32,000 nucleotides of DNA from Delftia acidovorans NBRC 14950 (GTDB lineage Bacteria; Pseudomonadota; Gammaproteobacteria; Burkholderiales; Burkholderiaceae_C): NCBI RefSeq assembly GCF_001598795.1, contig NZ_BCZP01000004.1, positions 150,001 to 182,000 of the forward strand, written 5' to 3'. The translations under genes and the position numbers were made by a program. A model generated the notes under the pieces. That model worked only from the letters and a program-made list of their open reading frames with translations. It ran no database searches and was not told the DNA's origin. Of the stretch, positions 15,311 through 24,645 are shown piece by piece. The stretch's first letter is position 1. Every line of letters begins with the position of its first letter.

Positions 15311-16129
15311 ATGAGTCTGGTATTTGCAGGCGTTTGCAGCCATGCGCCCGGCATCACGGGCCGCGCACACCTGGCCGATCCGGCCACCAGGGATGCCTTC
15401 CATGCCGCCTTCCGCGACATGGGCGCACGGCTGGAGGCGGCGCGGCCCGATGCCGTGATCGTCATCGCGGCCGAGCACTTCGCCAACTTCTTCATGAACA
15501 ACATGCCGGCCTATGCCATCGGCATGGCAGACCATTACGAAGGGCCCATCGAGGACCCGGCCTGGCTGGGCATAGAGCGGCACCGCATTCCCGGCAATGC
15601 CGAGCTGTCGCGGCGCCTGATCACCGAGGTCATGCAGACCGTGGACGTGGCCTTTGCCGAGGAGTGGAAGTTCGACCACGGCATCATGGTCCCGCTGCAC
15701 TTTCTGACGCCGGCCTATGACAAGGACATCATCCCCGTCAACATCAACTGCCAGGGCCCGCCGCTGACGCCGCTGCACCGCGCCTGGGCCTTTGGCGAGG
15801 CCCTGCGCCGCGCCTGCGACAAGGCGCCCGAGCGCATCGCCATCGTGGGCACGGGCGGCATCTCGCACTGGCCGGCCACGCCCGACTCGGGCAAGGTCAA
15901 CTGGGAGTGGGACCAGCAGTTCATGGACCGCTGGTGCCGCAACGACCGGGACGCGCTGCTGTCGTACACCGACGCCGAGACCTACCGCGACGGCGGCCAG
16001 GGCGGCTTCGAGATCCGCAGCTTCATCGCCGTGGCCGCCGCCGCGCGCGGCGCGGGCCAGGTGCTGTACTGCCAGCCCATTCCCATCTTCGCCGTGAGCT
16101 GCACGGCCGCCACCATGGAGGTGGCCTGA
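15311..16129 (+). CDS. hpaD: LigB-family (class III) extradiol dioxygenase catalytic subunit. In this context it is probably 3,4-dihydroxyphenylacetate (homoprotocatechuate) 2,3-dioxygenase
   Basis: LigB-type motifs are present: VCSHAPGI, VIVIAAEHFANFF, KFDHGIMVPLHF, GTGGISHW. It is flanked by hpaE and hpaF. Confidence 0.8.
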   Translation: MSLVFAGVCSHAPGITGRAHLADPATRDAFHAAFRDMGARLEAARPDAVIVIAAEHFANFFMNNMPAYAIGMADHYEGPIEDPAWLGIERHRIPGNAELSRRLITEVMQTVDVAFAEEWKFDHGIMVPLHFLTPAYDKDIIPVNINCQGPPLTPLHRAWAFGEALRRACDKAPERIAIVGTGGISHWPATPDSGKVNWEWDQQFMDRWCRNDRDALLSYTDAETYRDGGQGGFEIRSFIAVAAAARGAGQVLYCQPIPIFAVSCTAATMEVA

Positions 16130-16564
16130 ATGCCGCACGTGGTCATCCTCTACACGGCCAGCCTGGACGCGCACACCGACATGACGCAGCTGTGCCGCGC
16201 CCTGGCCGACACCATGCTCACCGTGCGTGCCGAAGACGGCGCCCAGGTCTTTCCCACGGGCGGCACGCGCGTGCTGGCCTACCCCGCGCCGCACAGCGCC
16301 GTGGCCGATGGCGGGGCTGCGGGCCGCGCAGCGGGCGGCGATGGCGACTACGGCTTCATCTACATCAACCTGCGCATGGGCCGGGGCCGCACAGCCGCCG
16401 TGCAGCAGCAGGCCGGCGACGCCCTGCTGGCCTGCGCGCGCCGCCATCTGCAGCCGCTGTTCGCGCAGCGCCACCTGGGCCTGACCGTGCAGGTCGATGA
16501 AAGCCCGGGCCAGGTCTACGACGGCAAGCACAGCACCCTCCACCCCCTCTTTTCCAGGCCTTGA
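16130..16564 (+). CDS. hpaF: 5-carboxymethyl-2-hydroxymuconate isomerase (tautomerase superfamily)
   Basis: It begins MPH (catalytic Pro1). It is collinear with E. coli HpcD as I recall it (MPHFIVECS..., DYAFVHMTLKIGAGRS..RQQAG). It carries a Gly/Ala-rich insertion ([20 protein letters not shown]). Confidence 0.85.
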   Translation: MPHVVILYTASLDAHTDMTQLCRALADTMLTVRAEDGAQVFPTGGTRVLAYPAPHSAVADGGAAGRAAGGDGDYGFIYINLRMGRGRTAAVQQQAGDALLACARRHLQPLFAQRHLGLTVQVDESPGQVYDGKHSTLHPLFSRP

Positions 16565-16565
16565 A

Positions 16566-17399
16566 ATGTTTTCCCAAGAACTGTTGACCCAACTGGCCCA
16601 GGAGCTTGACCGCAGCGAGAAGACGCGCGTGCAGGTCGAGCATTTCTCCAAGCGCTTTCCCGGCATGACCGTGGAGGATGGCTACCGCGTCTCGCGCGAA
16701 TGGGTGCGCCTGCAGATCGCGGCGGGGCGCAAGGTGATCGGCCACAAGATCGGCCTGACCTCGCGCGCCATGCAGATATCGAGCCAGATCGACGAGCCCG
16801 ACTACGGCACCCTGCTCGACAGCATGCTCTACCGCTGCACGCCGGGCCAGGTGCTGGACATCCCGGCCGCGAACTTCATCGCGCCGCGCGTGGAGGTGGA
16901 GCTGGCCTTCGTGCTCAAGGCGCCGCTGCGCGGCCCGGGCCTGCCCGGCGGCAAGGAGATCACGCTGCAGGACGTGCTGGACGCCACCGACCATGTGACG
17001 CCGGCCATCGAGATCATCGACGCGCGCATCGAGCAGTTCGACCGCCACACCAAGGCCATACGCAAGGTCTACGACACCATCAGCGACAACGCGGCCAATG
17101 CGGGCATCGTGGTCGGCGCCGGGCAGGCTGTTCCCGGGGTGCTTGACCTGCCCTGGTGCGGCGCCATACTGCGCCAGAACGGGGTGGTCGAGGAGACCGG
17201 CCTGGCTGCCGGCGTGCAGGGCCATCCCGCCATCGGCGTGGCCTGGCTGGCCAACAAGCTCTCGCCCTGGGGCGAGGCCCTGGAGGCCGGCCAGACCGTG
17301 CTGGCGGGCTCGTTCACGCGCCCCGTAGCCGCCAAGCCTGGCGATCTGTTCGATGCCGACTACGGCCCGCTGGGCCGCCTGCAATTCCGTTTTGTCTAG
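16566..17399 (+). CDS. hpaH: 2-oxo-hept-4-ene-1,7-dioate hydratase
   Basis: The start is moved to ATG 16566 ([15 protein letters not shown]...). It belongs to the MhpD/HpcG hydratase family ([30 protein letters not shown]). Confidence 0.85.
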   Translation: MFSQELLTQLAQELDRSEKTRVQVEHFSKRFPGMTVEDGYRVSREWVRLQIAAGRKVIGHKIGLTSRAMQISSQIDEPDYGTLLDSMLYRCTPGQVLDIPAANFIAPRVEVELAFVLKAPLRGPGLPGGKEITLQDVLDATDHVTPAIEIIDARIEQFDRHTKAIRKVYDTISDNAANAGIVVGAGQAVPGVLDLPWCGAILRQNGVVEETGLAAGVQGHPAIGVAWLANKLSPWGEALEAGQTVLAGSFTRPVAAKPGDLFDADYGPLGRLQFRFV

Positions 17400-17444
17400 G
17401 CGCCGTCGTCCCGACGCCTGCCCCGCCCTTATTGGAGATTTCCC

Positions 17445-18899
17445 ATGCCGCTTGCACTGCGCGACCCCAGCCTGCTCAAGAACCTCTGCCTGATCGACGG
17501 CCAATGGCTGGCCGCCGACGATGGCAGCCGCATCGACGTCCACAACCCCGCCACGGGCGAGTCCGTGGGCCATGTGCCCCGCATGGGCGAGACCGAGACG
17601 CAGCGCGCCATCGCCGCCGCCGAGCGCGCCTTCACCCTCTGGAAGCAGCAGACCGCCGAGGCCCGCGCGCGCCTGCTGCAGCGCTGGTTCGAGCTGATGA
17701 TGGAGAACCAGGAGGACCTGGCCCTGATCATGACCAGCGAGCAGGGCAAGCCCCTGGCCGAGTCGCGCGGTGAGATCGCCTACGCGGCCTCCTACGTGCA
17801 GTGGTTTGCCGAGGAAGCGCGCCGCATCTACGGCTCCACCGTGCCCGCGCCCTGGGCCGACAAGCGCATCATCGTGACCAAGGAGCCCGTGGGCGTCTGC
17901 GCCGCGATCACGCCCTGGAACTTCCCGGCCGCCATGATCACGCGCAAGGTCGCGCCGGCCCTGGCGGCGGGCTGCACCATCATCGTCAAGCCCGCGCAGC
18001 AGACACCGCTGTCGGCCCTGGCCATGGCCGAGCTGGCCCAGCGCGCCGGCATTCCCGAAGGCGTGTTCAGCGTGATCACGGGCTCCTCGCGCGCCATCGG
18101 CGGCGTGCTCACGGCCAGCATGGCCGTGCGCAAGCTGACCTTCACGGGCTCCACCGAAGTGGGCCGCGTGCTGGCCGAGCAATGCGCGCCCACGCTCAAG
18201 AAGATGTCGCTGGAGCTGGGCGGCAACGCGCCCTTCATCGTCTTCGATGACGCGGACCTCGATGCCGCTGTCGAGGGCGCCATGGCCTCCAAGTACCGCA
18301 ACACCGGCCAGACCTGCGTGTGCGCCAACCGCCTGCTGGTGCAGGACGGCGTGTACGACGCCTTCATGGCCAGGCTCAAGGTCGCCGTGCAGGCCCTCAA
18401 GGTGGGCAACGGCCTGGAGGCCGGCGTGGGCCAGGGCCCGCTGATCGACCAGGCCGCCGTGGACAAGGTCGAGGAGCTGGTGGCCGACGCCGTGAAGAAC
18501 GGCGCCGAGGTCGTGCTGGGCGGGCGGCGCCATGCGCTGGGCGGCACCTTCTACGAGCCCACCATCCTGGCCAACGCCACGGACCGCATGCGCATCGCCA
18601 GGGAAGAGGTCTTCGGCCCCGTGGCGCCCGTGTTCCGCTTCAAGACCGAGGAAGAGGCCATCCGCATGGCCAACGACACCGAGTACGGCCTGGCAGCCTA
18701 CTTCTACGCCCGCGACGTCGGCCGCGTGTGGCGCGTGGGCGAGGCGCTGGAGTACGGCATGGTGGGCATCAACAGCGGCATCATCAGCACGGCCGTGGCG
18801 CCGTTTGGCGGCGTCAAGCAGTCGGGCATGGGCCGCGAGGGCGGCGCCGCCGGCATAGAGGAATACCTGAGCACCAAGTACCTGTGCATGGGCCACTGA
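17445..18899 (+). CDS. gabD: succinate-semialdehyde dehydrogenase (NAD(P)+)
   Basis: ALDH family with GabD-like features: LIDGQWL, ITPWNFPAAMITRKVAPALAAGC, LELGGNAP, NTGQTCVCANR. It would oxidise the succinic semialdehyde released by HpaI. Confidence 0.85.
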   Translation: MPLALRDPSLLKNLCLIDGQWLAADDGSRIDVHNPATGESVGHVPRMGETETQRAIAAAERAFTLWKQQTAEARARLLQRWFELMMENQEDLALIMTSEQGKPLAESRGEIAYAASYVQWFAEEARRIYGSTVPAPWADKRIIVTKEPVGVCAAITPWNFPAAMITRKVAPALAAGCTIIVKPAQQTPLSALAMAELAQRAGIPEGVFSVITGSSRAIGGVLTASMAVRKLTFTGSTEVGRVLAEQCAPTLKKMSLELGGNAPFIVFDDADLDAAVEGAMASKYRNTGQTCVCANRLLVQDGVYDAFMARLKVAVQALKVGNGLEAGVGQGPLIDQAAVDKVEELVADAVKNGAEVVLGGRRHALGGTFYEPTILANATDRMRIAREEVFGPVAPVFRFKTEEEAIRMANDTEYGLAAYFYARDVGRVWRVGEALEYGMVGINSGIISTAVAPFGGVKQSGMGREGGAAGIEEYLSTKYLCMGH

Positions 18900-18917
18900 G
18901 GCCCGGACAATCACACC

Positions 18918-19739
18918 ATGCAGACACCTGTGAACCGCTTCAAGGCCGCCATTGCGGCCGACCAACCCCAGATCGGCCTGTGGCTGGGCCTGGCCGACGC
19001 CTATTCGGCGGAAATCTGCGCGGGCGCCGGCTTCGACTGGCTCCTGATCGACGGCGAGCATTCGCCCAACGACACGCGCACCCTGCTGGCGCAGCTGCAG
19101 GCCATCGCGGCCTATCCCGACAGCCATGCCATTGCCCGCGTGCCCATGGGACACGGCGAGGTCGGCGAGATGCTGATCAAGCAGTACCTGGACATCGGCG
19201 TGCAGACCCTGCTCGTGCCCATGGTGGACACGGCCGAGCAGGCCACACGCATCGTGCGCGCCGCGCGCTATCCGCAGGCCGACGGCCAGGGCGGCATCCG
19301 CGGCATGGGCGGCGCACGCGCCTCGGCCTGGGGCCGGCGCGCCAACTACGCCCATGAAGCCAACGCCCAGGTCTGCGTGCTGGTGCAGGTGGAGACACGC
19401 CAGGCGCTGGCCCACCTGGACGCCATTGCCGCCACCGAGGGCGTGGACGGCGTCTTCATCGGCCCGGCCGACCTGTCGGCCTCCATGGGCCACATCGGCA
19501 ACCCCGGCCACCCCGAGGTGCAGGAGGCGATTGCCGACGCCATCGCGCGCATACGCCGCGCGGGCAAGGCGCCCGGCATCCTCACGCCCAACGAGGCCCT
19601 GGCACGCAAGTACCTGGAGCTGGGCTGCACCTTCACGGCCGTGGGCCTGGACACCAGCGTGCTGGTGCAGGCCACCAGCGCCCTGGCTGCGCGCTTCAAG
19701 CAGGCAGCGGCCCCCGCGCCGAAAAGCCAGACCTATTGA
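18918..19739 (+). CDS. hpaI: 4-hydroxy-2-oxoheptanedioate aldolase (HpcH/HpaI class II aldolase)
   Basis: [57 protein letters not shown]. Confidence 0.9.
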   Translation: MQTPVNRFKAAIAADQPQIGLWLGLADAYSAEICAGAGFDWLLIDGEHSPNDTRTLLAQLQAIAAYPDSHAIARVPMGHGEVGEMLIKQYLDIGVQTLLVPMVDTAEQATRIVRAARYPQADGQGGIRGMGGARASAWGRRANYAHEANAQVCVLVQVETRQALAHLDAIAATEGVDGVFIGPADLSASMGHIGNPGHPEVQEAIADAIARIRRAGKAPGILTPNEALARKYLELGCTFTAVGLDTSVLVQATSALAARFKQAAAPAPKSQTY

Positions 19740-19813
19740 GGCCCCGGCCTGACAAGGCGCCCGCAACGCCGCTCCGGGGAGGGAGCGGCGGCTGCATAGA
19801 ATCCAGCCGACAG

Positions 19814-20314
19814 ATGCTGCCGAACATGCCCCAGACCACGCCCTCTTTTGCCCCCGAGCCGCTGCGCGCCTTCTCGCGCTCCCTGCCCATGGCGCTGCTG
19901 CGCGCCCGCGAGTCGGTCATGGTGCGCTTTCGGCCCATGCTGCGCGCCCATGGCCTGACCGAACAGCAGTGGCGCGTGCTGCGCGCCATGGCGGCGGTCA
20001 CACACAGGCTGCGGCCCATGGAGCTGTCGCAGGCCACCTACATCAGCATGCCCAGCCTCTCGCGCCTGCTCAAGACGCTGGAAGGCCGGCAGCTGGTGGA
20101 GCGCTCGCGCCACGCCAGCGACATGCGCGGCGCCGAGTTCGAGCTCACGGCGGCCGGCCACGCCATCGTGGCCGAGATCGCGCCGCATTCCTCCGAGACC
20201 TATGCCGAGATCGAGCGCCTGGTGGGCCATGAAGAGATCGAGCAGCTCTACGCCCTGCTCGACCAGGTCGTGCAGCGCCTGGGCGCGGCCGACGGCAGCC
20301 AGGCCGAGGAATAG
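19814..20314 (+). CDS. hpaR: MarR-family transcriptional regulator, probable homoprotocatechuate operon repressor
   Basis: The MarR wHTH core is present (LTEQQWRVLRAM...MELSQATYISMPSLSRLLKTLEGRQLVER), and the gene sits at the end of the hpa cluster. The start is ATG 19814 or 19826. The track start at 19736 overlaps the end of hpaI and is unlikely. Confidence 0.8.
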   Translation: MLPNMPQTTPSFAPEPLRAFSRSLPMALLRARESVMVRFRPMLRAHGLTEQQWRVLRAMAAVTHRLRPMELSQATYISMPSLSRLLKTLEGRQLVERSRHASDMRGAEFELTAAGHAIVAEIAPHSSETYAEIERLVGHEEIEQLYALLDQVVQRLGAADGSQAEE

Positions 20315-20358
20315 CCGCCCCGGCACGCCGGTCGGGCACTGCCGGGCACAATCGCCCC

Positions 20359-20994
20359 ATGCCGCAGCCGATTGCCGTCATCGACTTTGAAACCACGGGC
20401 ATGGCGCCCGCCCAGGGCGCGCGTGCCACCGAGGTCGCCATCGTGCTGATCGAGGGCGGCCAGGTGGTGGACCGCTTCCAGAGCCTGATGCGCACGGGCG
20501 CCTGGATACCGCCCTTCATCACGCGGCTGACGGGCATCACCAATGCCATGGTCGCAGCCGCGCCGCCCGCCGAGGAGGTGATGCGCGATGCCGCGCGCTT
20601 CGTGGGCAGCGCCCCCATGGTGGCGCACAACGCGGCCTTCGACAGCAAGTTCTGGCAGTCCGAACTGGCCCTGGCCGGCGAGGCCGCACCCCAGCCCTTT
20701 GCCTGCACCGTGCTGCTGTCGCGCCGCATCTACCCGGAGGCGCCCAGCCACAGCCTGAGCCGGCTCACCGCCCACCTGGGCCTGCCCGTGGCCGAGCGTG
20801 CCCACCGGGCGCTGGCCGATGCCGAGATGGCCGCCGCCCTGCTGGCGCGCATGCAGCAGGACCTGTGCCGGCGCCACGCGCTGGCCTGGCCCGAGCATGC
20901 CCTGCTGATGCAGCTGCAGCGCTGCACGCGGGCCCGCATGACGGCCTGGCTGAACGAGAACGCCGCGCCCGCCCAGATGAGCATGGCGCTGTGA
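20359..20994 (+). CDS. DEDDh 3'-5' exonuclease (DNA polymerase III epsilon-like domain protein)
   Basis: Exo motifs VIDFETTG, VAHNAAFD, HRALADAE. Confidence 0.85.
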   Translation: MPQPIAVIDFETTGMAPAQGARATEVAIVLIEGGQVVDRFQSLMRTGAWIPPFITRLTGITNAMVAAAPPAEEVMRDAARFVGSAPMVAHNAAFDSKFWQSELALAGEAAPQPFACTVLLSRRIYPEAPSHSLSRLTAHLGLPVAERAHRALADAEMAAALLARMQQDLCRRHALAWPEHALLMQLQRCTRARMTAWLNENAAPAQMSMAL

Positions 20995-21157
20995 GCCGGC
21001 GCCGCGCACACAGGGCAAAGACCTCCCTGGCAGAGGCCCCATCGGCCGCTTCTGCCGGCATCCGCACCCATAATGCGAGGTTGCTGCCCGGCTCCGGGCG
21101 CCCGTCCCAAACGCTGCAGCCCTGCTGCGGCCTTGCTGCCGCCTGGTTCTTGCACCC

Positions 21158-21688
21158 GTGAATTCCGCACTGCCTTCCGCCGCCATGGCCGCCCTGCCTC
21201 CACAGTCCCCGTTCTCGTCGCGCGAGTTCCGCGACGCGCTGGGCCAGTTCGCCACGGGCGTGACCATCGTCACCGCACGCAGCCCGCAGGGCCATCCGGT
21301 GGGCGTCACCGTGAGCTCGTTCAACTCCGTCTCGCTCACGCCTCCGCTGGTGCTGTGGAGCATGGCGCTGTCGGCGGCCTCGCTGCCCGTGTTCCAGCAT
21401 TGCTCGCACTACGCCATCCACGTGCTGTCGGCCTCGCAAAAGCCCCTGGCCGAGCTGTTCGCGCGCAAGGGCGTGGACCGCTTCGCCAACACCGCCTGGC
21501 GCAGCTCGGCCCAGGGCGTGCCGCTGCTGTCCGAAGCCACCACCGTCTTCGAGTGCCGCAACCGCCATCGCCATGAAGAGGGCGACCATGTGATCTTCAT
21601 CGGCGAGGTCGAGCAGTGCAGCCACCAGGCCGGCCACACGCCGCTGCTGTACCACGCAGGCCGCATGCACACGGGCGGCCTGGGCTGA
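21158..21688 (+). CDS. flavin reductase (HpaC / NADH:FMN oxidoreductase-like family)
   Basis: FRDALGQFATGVTIVTA, VSSFNSVSLTPPLVLWS, GDHVIFIGEV. The track start is GTG 21158, and ATG 21185 is an alternative. Confidence 0.8.
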   Translation: MNSALPSAAMAALPPQSPFSSREFRDALGQFATGVTIVTARSPQGHPVGVTVSSFNSVSLTPPLVLWSMALSAASLPVFQHCSHYAIHVLSASQKPLAELFARKGVDRFANTAWRSSAQGVPLLSEATTVFECRNRHRHEEGDHVIFIGEVEQCSHQAGHTPLLYHAGRMHTGGLG

Positions 21689-21897
21689 GCCCGGGCCCGC
21701 GGCAGCACTCTCGTCGCCTCTTTCGGCGGCTCCCCCATTCCCGTTCCTTCCCGCCTCCGGGTAATCCCCGGTCCGGGAAATCGGTGTCTGCGCATATTGT
21801 ATATACAGGCTTATACATCTGATCGCAGACCCATCCGCAGGCTGATGAAGCCTGTGGGTGCGGCAGCCATTTCACCAATGACGGGGGGAGACAGCGC

Positions 21898-23331
21898 ATG
21901 AGTTCACCATCTGCAGGCAGCCTGCACCGAGGGCTGTCGGCCCGCCATATCCGCTTCATGGCACTGGGCTCGGCCATAGGCACGGGGCTGTTCTACGGCT
22001 CGGCCAAGGCCATACAGCAGGCAGGCCCCTCGGTGCTGATCGCCTACCTGCTGGCGGGCGCGGCGGTCTACATGGTGATGCGCGCGCTGGGCGAGATGGC
22101 CGTGCACAACCCCGTGCCCGGCTCCTTCGGCCAGTACGCCAGCGACTACCTGGGGCCGCTCGCCGGCTTCGTCACGGGCTGGACCTATACCTTCGAGATG
22201 GTCATCGTCTGCCTGGCCGACGTGACGGCCTTCGGCATCTACATGGGCTTCTGGTTTCCAGAGGTGCCGCGCTGGATCTGGGTGCTGTCCATCGTCTGCT
22301 TCATCGGCGCGCTCAACCTGTGCTCGGTCAAGGTGTTCGGTGAGATGGAGTTCTGGCTGTCCCTGCTGAAGGTGGCGGCCATCATCGCCATGATCGGCGG
22401 CGGCCTGGGCATCATGGTGTTCGGCTTCGGCATGGCGGCCGACCAGGCGCCGACCGGCGTGCAGAACCTGTGGGTGCACGGCGGCTTCATGCCCCATGGC
22501 GTCTCGGGGCTGATCGCCTCGCTGGCGGTGGTGGTGTTCGCCTTCGGGGGCATCGAGATCATCGGCATCTCGGCCGGCGAGGCCAAGGACCCGGCGCGCG
22601 TGATCCCGCGCGCCATCAACGCCGTGCCGCTGCGCATCCTGCTGTTCTACGTGCTCACGCTGTTCGTGCTGATGAGCATCTTCCCCTGGCCGCAGATCGG
22701 CAGCCAGGGCAGCCCCTTCGTGCAGATCTTCAGCGGCCTGGGCATTTCCTCGGCCGCCACCATCCTCAACATCGTGGTGATCTCGGCGGCCGTGTCGGCC
22801 ATCAACAGCGACATCTTCGGTGCCGGCCGCATGCTGTACGGCATGGCGCACCAGGGCCAGGCCCCCGCCGGCTTCGGCCGTGTCTCGCGCCATGGCGTGC
22901 CCTGGATGACGGTGGTGGTGATGGCCGTGGCGCTGCTGGCCGGCGTGGCGCTGAACTACCTGATCCCCGAGGACGTGTTCCTGCTGATCGCCTCCATCGC
23001 CACCTTCGCCACGGTCTGGGTCTGGCTGATGATCCTGCTGTCGCAGTTCGCGGCGCGGCGCCGCATGAGCCCGCAGCAGGTGGCCGCGCTGAAGTTCCCG
23101 GTCCCGCTGTGGCCCGCCGCGCCGCTGGCGGCCATCGGCTTCATGCTGCTGGTGCTGGGCGTGCTCGGCTACTTCCCCCATACCCGTGCAGCCCTGGTCG
23201 TGGGCGGCCTGTGGATCGTGCTGCTGGGCGCCGCCTACCTGCTGTGGGTGCGCCCCGCCGCCGCGCGTGCGCAGAGCGAGGCGATGCGGCCTGCGGCGAA
23301 CGCGAACCACACTAGTGTGTACAGGCCTTAG
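21898..23331 (+). CDS. APC-superfamily amino acid permease (AroP/ProY/GabP-like, about 12 TM helices)
   Basis: [55 protein letters not shown] is the classic AAT-family N-terminus. A GGGGGAGA Shine-Dalgarno sequence lies upstream. Confidence 0.9.
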   Translation: MSSPSAGSLHRGLSARHIRFMALGSAIGTGLFYGSAKAIQQAGPSVLIAYLLAGAAVYMVMRALGEMAVHNPVPGSFGQYASDYLGPLAGFVTGWTYTFEMVIVCLADVTAFGIYMGFWFPEVPRWIWVLSIVCFIGALNLCSVKVFGEMEFWLSLLKVAAIIAMIGGGLGIMVFGFGMAADQAPTGVQNLWVHGGFMPHGVSGLIASLAVVVFAFGGIEIIGISAGEAKDPARVIPRAINAVPLRILLFYVLTLFVLMSIFPWPQIGSQGSPFVQIFSGLGISSAATILNIVVISAAVSAINSDIFGAGRMLYGMAHQGQAPAGFGRVSRHGVPWMTVVVMAVALLAGVALNYLIPEDVFLLIASIATFATVWVWLMILLSQFAARRRMSPQQVAALKFPVPLWPAAPLAAIGFMLLVLGVLGYFPHTRAALVVGGLWIVLLGAAYLLWVRPAAARAQSEAMRPAANANHTSVYRP

Positions 23332-24518
23332 TCGAACTCGACCTCGGTGGCCACCACCATCGCGCCATCGACCGAGAGCCGGCCCTTGACCTCGACCACG
23401 CGCCCCACGGCAATTTGGGCAGCGCTGCCATCCTCGAAGCGCGCATTGCGATAGTCCACGCGCACGCCGCGCAGCTCGAAGATGCCGGCCAGGCTGTCGA
23501 CAGCGGTGATGCGACCCTCGATCTCGAAGCCATCGTCACTGTCCAGCCGCAGCTTGCGCTCGACCTCGGAGGCGCGAAGCACCCCGTCCTGGAACATGCC
23601 CTCGACCTCGACCAGGTCGCCCACGGCAAGGCCGGCGGGCAGGCGTGTGGCGCTGCCCGCGTCCACGCTCAGGCCGTCCACGACGAAGCGGGTCGGCGAG
23701 TCCATGCGGGTGATATGGCCGGTGACGTCGGCCTCCACGCCCGCCTGTTCGGGCAGCGTGGGACGCTGCACCGACAGTGCGGTGGCCACCCACAGGCCGG
23801 CGGCATCGGGCTGGCGCGCCAGGCGCAGGCTGACCACGTCGCCGGCAGCCAGCGCGGCGGCAACCTGCACGCCGCTCCAGTTGACGACGGCCTCGCCGAT
23901 GCGCAGGGTGCGGCGCGACGCGTCAACGGCATCGACAGGCGCGCGCAGGCGCCAGGGCTCGTCGGCGTCATCCTCGATCTCGATGCGGCTGGCAAGAATG
24001 CGGCCCTGCGCATCGCGCAGGCCGTGGACTTCCAGCACACGGCCGACCTGCAGCGCCGCCGCGCGGCCGTCCTCGAACACCGTGGCCGCATCGACGATCA
24101 CGGTCTGGCCCAGTACGGTCAGCCGGTCGCCCACGACCGCGCTCAACGGACCTTCCAGATCGCTGCGCACAAGAATCTGGCGGGCCATGGCGCGCGCCAC
24201 ACCATCGCTGCCGGTGGTCACGGGGTCGGCCGTGACATGGACCGCCATGCCCAGCTTGAGCGCATCGCTGGCCAGCAGGACGCCATCGCCATCGGTGATC
24301 CGGGCCTGGCGCTCGTCATACCGCACCCCATTGACCAGGATGGAGCCGAAGCCGTCAATGGTGCCCGACGCATAGCTGGCGCTGGGAGTGACCGGCGTGG
24401 GGGAGGGCTTGTCAGCCCCACCGCCGCAGGCGGCCAGCAGCACGGACAGCGAGAGCGCGCCAGCGCCCAGGACCCGGTGCAATGGCGGGGCAGAGCGGGA
24501 AAAGCGAAGAAAATGCAT
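23328..24518 (-). CDS. lipoprotein with five tandem DUF5666-like repeats
   Basis: The start is moved to the ATG complement at 24516-24518 ([33 protein letters not shown], a lipobox). It contains five repeats of about 65-70 aa with the pattern G.I......f.v.G..V.......f..G....l..G..veV.G......l.A..ve. Confidence 0.75.
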   Translation of the reverse strand: MHFLRFSRSAPPLHRVLGAGALSLSVLLAACGGGADKPSPTPVTPSASYASGTIDGFGSILVNGVRYDERQARITDGDGVLLASDALKLGMAVHVTADPVTTGSDGVARAMARQILVRSDLEGPLSAVVGDRLTVLGQTVIVDAATVFEDGRAAALQVGRVLEVHGLRDAQGRILASRIEIEDDADEPWRLRAPVDAVDASRRTLRIGEAVVNWSGVQVAAALAAGDVVSLRLARQPDAAGLWVATALSVQRPTLPEQAGVEADVTGHITRMDSPTRFVVDGLSVDAGSATRLPAGLAVGDLVEVEGMFQDGVLRASEVERKLRLDSDDGFEIEGRITAVDSLAGIFELRGVRVDYRNARFEDGSAAQIAVGRVVEVKGRLSVDGAMVVATEVEFD

Positions 24519-24645
24519 GGTGTTCGATGCCAGAAAGAAACAGATGAAAAGGCACCGCGGCGGGGCCATCGGTGCAACCGCCTGCAGTGTCGGCAAAGGC
24601 GCCTAAACCGCGCATGAATGGCGCGTTCATGCACTGTTTAAGAAC

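Noticed and set aside
12467-18899. The two aldehyde dehydrogenase genes (hpaE and gabD) read as a recent duplication or repeat.
   Set aside because: They share only family-level motifs and differ throughout. They are functionally distinct steps of the same pathway.
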